A stretch of DNA of 26,170 nucleotides, taken from a virus. Lineage: Duplodnaviria > Caudoviricetes. The stretch covers positions 1 to 26,170 of IMG/VR virus record IMGVR_UViG_3300022937_001303. One strand, 5' to 3'. A program made the position numbers and the translations under genes. The notes beneath the pieces were generated by a model. It saw only the letters and a program-made list of their open reading frames with translations. It was not told where the DNA came from and searched no databases. Within the stretch, counting starts at the first letter, position 1. Every line of letters begins with the position of its first letter. Below, one piece after another: positions 20,901-26,170 of the stretch.

Positions 20901-21136
20901 GTCTGTGCAATTTTTAGTACATCTTCATCATCTGCTTTTAATCCCATTAATGGCAAATAAGCAACTAATCTTCTATCTAAAGATGGATATGTGTATGCCA
21001 TATCACGCATAGCTTCTACTAGTTCAGGAGATATAGCTCTTTCAAATTGAGATATTTCATCTAAATTTTTAGATGTAGATTCTGCTAAACCTTGTTTGAA
21101 ATATGAAGGTACAAAAAAATTAGATTTGTAATCCAT
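14981..21136 (-). CDS. Giant internal virion (DNA ejection) protein, 2051 aa
   Basis: Size, helical character, GAFRLGADPINLLLG near the N-terminus and YVPFPEIFQEVLKTW / SPGFGPIVTVP in the C-terminal third resemble large podoviral core proteins; no enzyme motif confirmed. Confidence 0.65.
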   Translation of the reverse strand: MDYKSNFFVPSYFKQGLAESTSKNLDEISQFERAISPELVEAMRDMAYTYPSLDRRLVAYLPLMGLKADDEDVLKIAQTQQKAMEKKQRVKINTNVGGFKRATQLGFLAMDSAFQNISRNFKSSVVAAQETDTPVPFAVGANLISGLLPTEKWTENARQATLGKDFNDTYNKAKEAYGENEFRRALNEIDAGKPLNLGVGILPNSIALEDTDVYSKQIKLGKSPTEAYEAAAAVYGNPITEEFERDEYQYKYTTKTGERIPISPGRIVAAQFSQEGEISYALTSTIIDGAFRLGADPINLLLGYGSAVKTAGRSVVSAAEVAQYVDDAAFITRALNTLKPTKAGKEARRMTFGKTAEQILDSKWGDKFIEALTVNESVARLKDIPTFSKVDTRVLNLLAKVKNKESMKEIVTSLLKNGDLSDLMIAPYSGTFVGQEIAQAATLTPINKLPMRQSVVAEMANQLAYKFGGKAVDIAPLRNSIGALLGTPKNDPFRGIIGIGGSLKNALPQRVKRLFDLAPSKFASINYIAETIENIDGVLIAMGEDQLGRDFIINELLNSKNQDDIVKIVRKVNNKMKDKVIKDNPDLKDDEELITEVMDFVNNELVEKRKYLYDSDGMPLSFPGTKYKLRPDRVDEEGNILEAIEVAVPTAFSIGQFADNFVPLTDYNELARALSKFRRLVGPSNSGLRKFLSTTWGKKDYSLMEKIMQQAKIPTRGLKTNYAKKNTTLAPKSYLEYIYSDFIMQRALKPVWMLRPALTLRVPPEEAVRIAMYGGPSVFRHPLLLASLKARPFPRVVDKLNLDKSDPVFVQMLDNLGEQLFATRINSDEIDSVAELIGNVDMKKSIENLKYEQIQQIMKTLRLNTNASGQVGDSFIQYAIDGNSATDFAFDEIVGDLKKLKRQSLLNFNKLEDMGFGDVQSVNVAGGFLHPFLNPSAGINNGFKRGAISVVPNKKYKQILEFENIEDVGKLVRQYVTNPSIEPQLLKANHGVSVNIVENNLILDVVVNLGDYDEIKTLAQAETYIRNALSIAIKAHQPKIHMRKEILDILPKEHPIRKLSKVLNTNESPAFQFIEVPVYGQPDPRIDNVDFDSPVIKEVMEYLFDSNFQTARKIVSKKTGYAQAAPSGTFFNTTPQYINTMSEQTLLKVLKPQNRGRNAVDDFFINVDKYIIDADGNATIDPRWWRGFIHEILNRANDPLFVIVARDGANKALEFFTNTTQGKKYIDDLIKRSDDPDARAVLKNKDQLLKYLKTAEWEIGRLQGNPTNKILRNGQEITEREARELLTNGNGEYVYPDYEVDLNMGASKIREFIANGGFVDDEDWLELAQKNAVQASKTERYFGKFYDQIKKIFDDEVVKMDLGPRNVAFNNNPNLSKSGQLVEQAIQKWDDALGSMYSLLLAKPSDYLNRDPMFRWTFYTLAEELMPFMTPEVKKEFVIGAKTWTEGSELYLNLLKKAKEPASEGSITTLEQAETLLKYKAMEEVQNLLYASQERHVLSDVMASYVPFPEIFQEVLKTWGKLTLENPQKFNRTRIAIDRGKEAKPWDTDNAFFTSDPITGELLFNYVDVMNVMTFGLSAIPGAFGFAPLQTGLLGEDLTEQGVRVKPYGFLEGLNLISANGFSPGFGPIVTVPFKVLTKIATAPKFLTDFVLGNFEQPGTTSIQELLVEPFLPSWFKGLLKAMPLSQEATEEINASYSRTVMDIFTLYYYAGKWTPEDEESIKLAMVEAEKAAATHWLIRGSAQAAYPTSIQPRYEIQDKNGGWWTIQVLAQKYQQMLEANQFDYTITTQQFEKRFGLNPIPLRQSSSAKQGRFPVKKESYMFWQQIENQKLIERKPYTAIYLFPDKVDDEFSLPAFMAGAETLDPNAYSRAVQQSLLQFELEKYKEELKNDKSLTPTARNEAYSARKTKLQEEYGVIAYGSLGDAVLMADKYQIILELRDWENEPLLKESPEFVPLQKFFKEYDKAIDTVLNGGLFYIEGFSKESIRVPKGGIQGKVAATLSGTSGNIADIREELDAYARELALEYEDTNWIDMYLGSFWKELDNRRYLK

Positions 21137-21137
21137 A

Positions 21138-21545
21138 TTATCCTATGTCTATATCTGCTTCTAATAACTCATCCCATATTGGGTCAGGTAATATTCGTTT
21201 AGCTGCTTTAAAAATATTAGATACTGTATCAGTAGGTATAGCCATACCACCATTGTCACCAGGTCCATAAGGTATTCCTGATTGTATTGGTTCAAAAGGT
21301 TTGTTTGTTGGTGCAGCTATATTCATAGGTGGCAAGTTAGGAATGCTAGGCATACCTCCTGTAGCACCTACTTCTTGTTGCATTGGACTAATAGCTTCTG
21401 CTTGTTGTTCCAATGCTGTTGTTTGTCCTGTTGGGTCGCCTTCCATTCTAGGTGGTGCAACTATATCTGCAAACGCACCTGATTGTGTTAGGTCAGTAGC
21501 TTCCTCTAATGCTTTACTTTTTCTTCCTCTGTTATATTTAGCCAA
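21138..21545 (-). CDS. Pro/Gly-rich protein downstream of portal (hypothetical virion protein)
   Basis: ORF track start ATG 21554 abuts the AGGAG; in-frame TTG at 21545 is 9 nt from that SD and is the likelier start. Low-complexity APTNKPFEPIQSGIPYGPG. Confidence 0.6.
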   Translation of the reverse strand: MAKYNRGRKSKALEEATDLTQSGAFADIVAPPRMEGDPTGQTTALEQQAEAISPMQQEVGATGGMPSIPNLPPMNIAAPTNKPFEPIQSGIPYGPGDNGGMAIPTDTVSNIFKAAKRILPDPIWDELLEADIDIG

Positions 21546-21741
21546 AGAAATCATCTCCTAGTCTTGGGTTATATTCGTACTCGAATGTTAAATTAATAAA
21601 AAAGTGTGGATGTGGTGTAGGTATAGTAATAAAGTTTTTCATAACTATCTCTCCCTCATCTGTGCCTGTAAATACATCTTCAGACCAATCTTCTCCATTA
21701 ATTATATTATAAAACTTAGCGATAACTTCTTGTTCATCCAC
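21538..21741 (-). CDS. Hypothetical 67-aa acidic protein
   Basis: Overlaps the portal stop and the next gene start; GGAG upstream. Confidence 0.65.
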   Translation of the reverse strand: MDEQEVIAKFYNIINGEDWSEDVFTGTDEGEIVMKNFITIPTPHPHFFINLTFEYEYNPRLGDDFFG

Positions 21742-23518
21742 CAGGTACTCCTTGTGGTTGTGGTGGTTGTTGACCTAATGCACCTAGAACTTGTTCTATT
21801 CCTGGTAATCCACCACCTGGACCTGTAGGTATTTGTGGTCCACCTTGTCCAAGTAAAGCTAATTCTTCTGGTGTAGGTTCTTCACCTTCTGCTGTATAAA
21901 ATTTATCTAGTATCTCTGACATTTTTTGTGGATTTTTTCTAATCTCTATTGCTGCCATTAATGCTTTTTGGTCACCTTGTGCAGCTTGTGACATAAGTGT
22001 TTCAAACAAAACAGTTTCTGCTTTTTCAGAATGTATACGTTGTTGTATTCTACTTATGTTATCCAATCCATCCATATTTTCTTGTAATGTCTGTGTATCA
22101 ATAATTCCTTGTTGTTTTAATTGCAAACCAGTAATAATTTTTTGTGCTTCATCAAACCCTGCCATAACACCATAAACTCTTCTTGTTTCATAGATTTCTG
22201 ATATGTCAGATTCTGGTGTGTAGTTTTCTTTAAAGGATGTTCCTTTATATCTACCTGCCATAGGTTTACGAAGTTTACCAAACATCAACTCATCATATTC
22301 AAGTCTTTTAGCATCCATTTCCTCTAAAGCATCTTTCATAATAGTTTGATACTCTCTAACGTGTAATGATGCAGATTGACCTAACTCCTCTAAACCTCTA
22401 CCAGTAACAAAACTGTTAGGAGATTGTCCATCATCAGATACAGGATATGATGCACCAAGTCGCAAGTGTCGTTCAAGTCTATCTACTTGTTGAAATAATT
22501 GGTATGGTAGATTATTGACTGGCTTTGACACTTGTGAACCTGGAGTTAAATAGTTAACAGCAAATCTGCCTTTTCTATATTTTCCTGATTCAATCTCACC
22601 GACTATGTTTGTTTCTGTAAATACTGCATCTTCCATAGCAATAGTTCCAAGAATATTAATCTTTGCCATGTTTGCCATAAGTCCTGTAATGTGTTGAAAC
22701 TGTGATTGCATTTGGTCAAACGCATATCGTTTAGCTATAACAAACGCAGGACCAGATTTAAGTATGTTAGGTATAAAATCTATAATCTTTTTATTTTCTG
22801 GTAGGAATACGTATGTTCCTTCTTTGTCATAATACTGAACCACTACTTTTCCATGACCTGTTGAGTTCGCCCAACTACCTGCTCTATCTGTACTATCAAG
22901 TAGTGCAGAGTATGGATTTTGAAAACCTGTGTTATCTTCTTGTTGATATATATATGCTTTAGCTTCTGGATATTGGTCAGCTAATATTCTATGTGGAACT
23001 CTACGAATAATTGCTAACTCATCAGGTTGTTGGTCATTACCAAATGTTCCTGGATAGCAAGTAAATGAATCTTGTAGTTCAGCATATGGATAGGGAACAT
23101 TATCTCTATCCCTTCTATGTGATATTGTCCACACAACAAAACCATAACCAGGTAACCATCTAGCTGCTTGTGGTAATTGTTTATCTAGTTTTTGAAACTT
23201 ATCATAAGATGTAACAATTCTCTCTATTTTCTCTGATTTTCTTTTAGCTCTCTCGCTATCTTTTTGATTAATTACATCAACTTTTAAATCAGGACTTCTA
23301 CCTAGTTTTTGTGCAAATCTTTCTAGTGCAGTTAAAAATAAGTTAGGTGCAGGTAACTCGTGGTACTCCACATTAATTGTATTACCTAGCAACGCTTTAA
23401 CTGCTGCTTCTCCACCATTCATAATGTCACGAATCCTAGACCTATCAATCATTTGTTCTTGATTAATAACTCTTAGGTAATCTATTCTGTCGTATAATTT
23501 TTCACTATCTAATGGCAT
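21734..23518 (-). CDS. Portal protein
   Basis: 594 aa directly after terminase (TAA ATG); RAKRKSEKIERI, WLPGYGFV, SFVTGRGLEEL and a Gln/Pro/Gly-rich tail fit P22-like podoviral portals. Confidence 0.88.
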   Translation of the reverse strand: MPLDSEKLYDRIDYLRVINQEQMIDRSRIRDIMNGGEAAVKALLGNTINVEYHELPAPNLFLTALERFAQKLGRSPDLKVDVINQKDSERAKRKSEKIERIVTSYDKFQKLDKQLPQAARWLPGYGFVVWTISHRRDRDNVPYPYAELQDSFTCYPGTFGNDQQPDELAIIRRVPHRILADQYPEAKAYIYQQEDNTGFQNPYSALLDSTDRAGSWANSTGHGKVVVQYYDKEGTYVFLPENKKIIDFIPNILKSGPAFVIAKRYAFDQMQSQFQHITGLMANMAKINILGTIAMEDAVFTETNIVGEIESGKYRKGRFAVNYLTPGSQVSKPVNNLPYQLFQQVDRLERHLRLGASYPVSDDGQSPNSFVTGRGLEELGQSASLHVREYQTIMKDALEEMDAKRLEYDELMFGKLRKPMAGRYKGTSFKENYTPESDISEIYETRRVYGVMAGFDEAQKIITGLQLKQQGIIDTQTLQENMDGLDNISRIQQRIHSEKAETVLFETLMSQAAQGDQKALMAAIEIRKNPQKMSEILDKFYTAEGEEPTPEELALLGQGGPQIPTGPGGGLPGIEQVLGALGQQPPQPQGVPGG

Positions 23519-25441
23519 TTATCTCCAATTATCTATATCCATGTTACTAGATTCGTACCCTGTAAAGCTAGGATTATAATCATATCCTAGTTCTGCAAAG
23601 CGTTCTTTTTGCATACGCCTAATTGCTCTCATTGGAAACCAACTAGCCATAACAATATCAGTTTTTGTACCCACGCTCTTGCTTTTGTTCCTAGCAGAAC
23701 TAAAGTACACTAACTGACTTGTATATAAGTTTACCTTCTCTTGTGCTTCAAAGCTAAGATATGGCAAAGAAATATTTTGTTCTTGAAACATAGGTCGCAT
23801 AGCTGTAACACCATAAATTGGGTCAAACTTATTCTTGTGTGTTTCGTGTCCTTCTAAAAATATTCCATGCTTAGATGCAAACTCTCTAATACTTTTATCT
23901 TGTCGTATTGCTTTTTGAAAACCATTTTCCTCAATAACCCAATGTGATAAATTATATTTAACCCACCACTCTTTCATTATCTCTAGTGCTTGTGGAATAC
24001 CACCACCTAAGTTGTTATTCATATCTACCATATGCAACTTGTTAGTTACTGAATCGTATGCCCATAAAAATGCAGCTTGATAACCTGTAGATGCAGGGTC
24101 TAATCCTGCTATAAGTCTTGTACCTTGTGGTACGTGTCCAATGTCACGTTTTTGGTCACGACATTCCTCTATCTCTACTCTATCAAACAAAGCTAATCCA
24201 TCAGGCATAGCTACATTAAGATAAACCATTTCGTATATTGCTCTACCACCTGTAGTTTCTGCTGCTCTCTTTCTATCCATTAACCACTTGTACGTTCTCT
24301 TTCCACCCCACAACATACAATCTACGTGTTCTTCTTCATTCCAGTCTGGCAAGTTACAAGCTGTGTCATGTGCTTCTTCTACAGTTGTAGTCCAACTTTG
24401 GTTCTCTAAAAGATGTGAATACAAATCATCATAATGCTGTCTTGAACCGATAACGACCATAGCTGTGTGTTCCTCTTTACGACTAGATAGTGTTGTTGTC
24501 CACCAACTTCTAGTGTTTTCTCTTGATGAAGGTTGCATAGTTGAGTTATGGTCCTCAATGTCATCAGCAATAATTATGTCACAGTCACGAGAAAGTATCT
24601 TACCACCTCTACCAATGCCAACCATTGTCGGTGACTTAATACCAGTAACTGTTCTTGTACCTACAGTAAAACCATTTTGTGACCAAGACTTACCTGTACG
24701 AGATGTAGGTTTAAATTTTGCACCAGGTCCACATATCTCTTCTATCAGTAACTCGTTACTTTCTAGTTGGTCAAGTACAGAACCTACTGCATTCTTAGCA
24801 ATCTCTTCGTTACCACCTACCCATAAAATACGTATGTTTGGATTTTTACAAATAAGCCATACTGCAAAGTGAATTAACAAATCTGTTTTACCATGTCGTG
24901 GTGGAGAAAGTATCATGTGCTGTCCACCATTATCTATAGCATTCATAATCTCACCTATCCATTTGTGATGAAAGTCTGGTGTTTCGTATGCTACACCTTG
25001 TTCTGTCTGGAAATATCTCTGTCTAAAATCATCAAAGTCTGCTAATGACTTTTCTGCTACTTGTGGTAATGACCATTTATCTTGTTCTTGTTTGCTTGTT
25101 AAATCTTCTATGTATGCAGAGTATGCCATAGATACTGCACCTTGTGTTGTGCCTAATATATCTGCAACTTCTTGCATTGTTATTTTCTTTGTATAGATAT
25201 CTGCAGCTAAACCTGATTCGACTATGTCGTTATAGACTTGTCCTCTACGTGCTTGTACATTTGTTTTTTGACTAGGTATATCTAGTACATCATCTTCTTG
25301 TGTCCACTCTTTACCTGCTTTTCTAGCACGTTTCTTTTGCATATTAATTCTGTTAGAACAACGTGTAGAACAAAACTTACGTTTTTTAGGTGGTAGTGGT
25401 CTATGGCAACCTGCTGCATAACATAACTTTTTATCTACCAT
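23519..25441 (-). CDS. terL: Terminase large subunit with N-terminal Zn finger and HTH
   Basis: Walker A SPPRHGKT, Walker B IIIADD, coupling motif IGSR, RNase H-like nuclease residues AGLDPA, VIEENGFQ, DIVMA. Confidence 0.95.
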   Translation of the reverse strand: MVDKKLCYAAGCHRPLPPKKRKFCSTRCSNRINMQKKRARKAGKEWTQEDDVLDIPSQKTNVQARRGQVYNDIVESGLAADIYTKKITMQEVADILGTTQGAVSMAYSAYIEDLTSKQEQDKWSLPQVAEKSLADFDDFRQRYFQTEQGVAYETPDFHHKWIGEIMNAIDNGGQHMILSPPRHGKTDLLIHFAVWLICKNPNIRILWVGGNEEIAKNAVGSVLDQLESNELLIEEICGPGAKFKPTSRTGKSWSQNGFTVGTRTVTGIKSPTMVGIGRGGKILSRDCDIIIADDIEDHNSTMQPSSRENTRSWWTTTLSSRKEEHTAMVVIGSRQHYDDLYSHLLENQSWTTTVEEAHDTACNLPDWNEEEHVDCMLWGGKRTYKWLMDRKRAAETTGGRAIYEMVYLNVAMPDGLALFDRVEIEECRDQKRDIGHVPQGTRLIAGLDPASTGYQAAFLWAYDSVTNKLHMVDMNNNLGGGIPQALEIMKEWWVKYNLSHWVIEENGFQKAIRQDKSIREFASKHGIFLEGHETHKNKFDPIYGVTAMRPMFQEQNISLPYLSFEAQEKVNLYTSQLVYFSSARNKSKSVGTKTDIVMASWFPMRAIRRMQKERFAELGYDYNPSFTGYESSNMDIDNWR

Positions 25442-25532
25442 AATTACTACACTCTTTATTTTTGCAAACTACTTTGCTATCTACAATATTTAAAACCTTT
25501 CCACATACTGGACAGGTTAATTTAATACTCAA
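25431..25532 (-). CDS. Unannotated 33-aa zinc-ribbon peptide
   Basis: TTG start directly after the upstream TAA; MSIKLTCPVCGKVLNIVDSKVVCKNKECSNYGR (CxxC-x12-Cx4C); overlaps the terL start by 11 nt. Confidence 0.65.
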   Translation of the reverse strand: MSIKLTCPVCGKVLNIVDSKVVCKNKECSNYGR

Positions 25533-25640
25533 TTATTTTTTCTTATTCTTTGTTTTTGCATAATATGCTTGTACTTGTTTCAGGGTCATCTTTTTACCAC
25601 TAGGTGAATAATAATACTTACCTCGTTTAGTAAAAGGCAT
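25533..25640 (-). CDS. Unannotated 35-aa basic peptide
   Basis: MPFTKRGKYYYSPSGKKMTLKQVQAYYAKTKNKKK; ATG 2 nt after the upstream stop. Confidence 0.7.
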   Translation of the reverse strand: MPFTKRGKYYYSPSGKKMTLKQVQAYYAKTKNKKK

Positions 25641-25642
25641 AA

Positions 25643-25717
25643 TTACATCTTCTTAGATTTTTTCTTACCACCTTTTTTGGCGTAAGATTTCTTTTTACCA
25701 TATTTGTTTATTGGCAT
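25643..25717 (-). CDS. Unannotated 24-aa lysine-rich peptide
   Basis: MPINKYGKKKSYAKKGGKKKSKKM (11 Lys of 24); clear AGGAG SD at 25727-25723; first ORF after the promoter. Confidence 0.7.
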   Translation of the reverse strand: MPINKYGKKKSYAKKGGKKKSKKM

Positions 25718-25744
25718 AATAACTCCTGTTGTTTATTACCACCC

Positions 25745-25753
25745 ACTATAACA
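25745..25753 (-). promoter_or_regulatory. Putative extended -10 promoter TGtTATAGT for the terminase operon
   Basis: About 27 nt upstream of the first micro-ORF start; same motif as 2579-2587. Confidence 0.55.
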
Positions 25754-25780
25754 CAAAACCCTGCCGAAGCAGGGTCTTGT
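25753..25780 (-). terminator. Intrinsic terminator with C(UUCG)G tetraloop
   Basis: ACAAGACCCTGC-TTCG-GCAGGGTTTTGT, 12 bp with one G-U pair that forms only on the minus strand. Confidence 0.85.
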
Positions 25781-26003
25781 CGTACAGTCTGTCCATTTAC
25801 TGTGTGAGTTTTGTAGGCAGTTGTTTCCTCAATTAAAGGTCCTCACACCTACGCTACTCTATGAAAGAAAATGAAAAATCAAACCAACTTTATCTATACA
25901 CAACAATTTCTGCGAACTGTCTTAAATATGATTAAGCTATCTTTCTTTTCATATCTTTACGCATACCCCTATGCGTATCTAGGACTTTCCTAGATACGAG
26001 TAG
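25753..26003 (-). ncRNA. Candidate ~250-nt structured non-coding RNA (multi-way junction, pseudoknot, terminator)
   Basis: Nested helices CUACUC/GAGUAG, GUAUCUAGGA/UCCUAGAUAC, GCAUA/UAUGC, UAUGAAAAGAAA/UUUCUUUCAUA, CUUAA/UUAAG, ACAGUU/AAUUGU; crossing helices GUAGG/CCUAC and UGUGAG/CUCACA. No promoter confidently located. Confidence 0.5.
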
Positions 26004-26005
26004 TA

Positions 26006-26052
26006 TAGCTACCCCCCCGAATTAGCTAGTGTGTAAAAAAAATTTTTTTTTT
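26006..26052. repeat. TAGCTA-C7-TAGCTA and A8-T10 palindromic tracts
   Basis: TAGCTA at 26006-26011 and 26023-26028 around C7; A8 at 26035-26042 followed by T10 at 26043-26052. Confidence 0.6.
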
Positions 26053-26081
26053 AAACAAAGGTTGTCATTATCCAGTTAGAT

Positions 26082-26116
26082 AGAACATACCCTCTATTGC
26101 TAGAGGGTGTTGTTCT
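26082..26116. promoter_or_regulatory. Stable hairpin upstream of the divergent gene
   Basis: AGAACA-T-ACCCTCTA-(TTGC)-TAGAGGGT-GT-TGTTCT; the loop is GCAA (GNRA) on the minus strand. Confidence 0.55.
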
Positions 26117-26136
26117 CAATCAGAAAGGAGTAAACA

Positions 26137-26170
26137 ATGAAACCTAGAAAGGTTGATGTTTACCTGTTTA
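26137..26170 (+). CDS. Start of a divergent gene (partial, MKPRKVDVYLF...)
   Basis: Strong SD AGAAAGGAG 6 nt before the ATG; open to the window end. Confidence 0.65.
   Translation, partial: MKPRKVDVYLF

Larger units (their letters stand above)
1..26170 (-). mobile_element. Tailed dsDNA bacteriophage genome segment (DNA packaging, head, internal virion and short-tail module)
   Basis: Co-oriented, translationally coupled terminase, portal, scaffold, major capsid, adaptor and nozzle-like genes; no host housekeeping gene, integrase, tape measure or sheath gene recognised in the window. Confidence 0.97.

Noticed and set aside
53-24872. Plus-strand ORFs in the supplied track
   Set aside because: All are antisense shadows of long minus-strand genes, with no recognisable motifs.
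25802-25852. HDV-like/theta or hammerhead ribozyme
   Set aside because: Crossing topology is present, but there is no 7-bp P1, P1.1 or catalytic J4/2 C, and no CUGANGA core.
25861-25935. 24-codon plus-strand ORF MKENEKSNQ...
   Set aside because: No SD and it lies within the paired arm of the structured element.
25860-26020. tRNA or tmRNA (GGGGGGG-TA-GCT start; GCA-led short frame AEIVVYR)
   Set aside because: No matching acceptor 3' strand, T-arm or CCA; the peptide lacks a tag-like Ala-Ala end.
1-26170. Stop-codon reassignment, CRISPR array or diversity-generating retroelement
   Set aside because: Genes tile densely in code 11 with TAA, TAG and TGA all used as stops; only short coding repeats were seen; no reverse transcriptase or TR/VR pair.

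Overview
The window is the virion morphogenesis arm of an AT-rich (roughly one-third GC) tailed phage with a podovirus-like gene set. Nearly everything is on the minus strand. In transcription order: three unannotated micro-ORFs, a large terminase with an N-terminal Zn-finger+HTH extension, portal, two small genes, a ~16.6 kb block of probable internal virion/ejection proteins, scaffold, SU10/DUF5309-type major capsid, a small beta-sandwich protein, head-tail adaptor and a truncated beta-propeller nozzle. The ejection block includes 2051-aa and 1661-aa giants, an SLT-type muramidase, a peptidoglycan-binding protein and an unannotated 59-aa acidic ORF. A divergent plus-strand gene starts at 26137. 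The most unusual signals are non-coding: (1) three tandem, sequence-unrelated H-type pseudoknots fill the 5' leader of the scaffold-capsid transcript up to the Shine-Dalgarno; (2) a ~250-nt nested multi-helix plus pseudoknot element ending in a UUCG terminator lies upstream of the terminase operon. By manual scan GATC appears absent. All calls are from motif reading and hand-pairing; no searches or folding programs were run.
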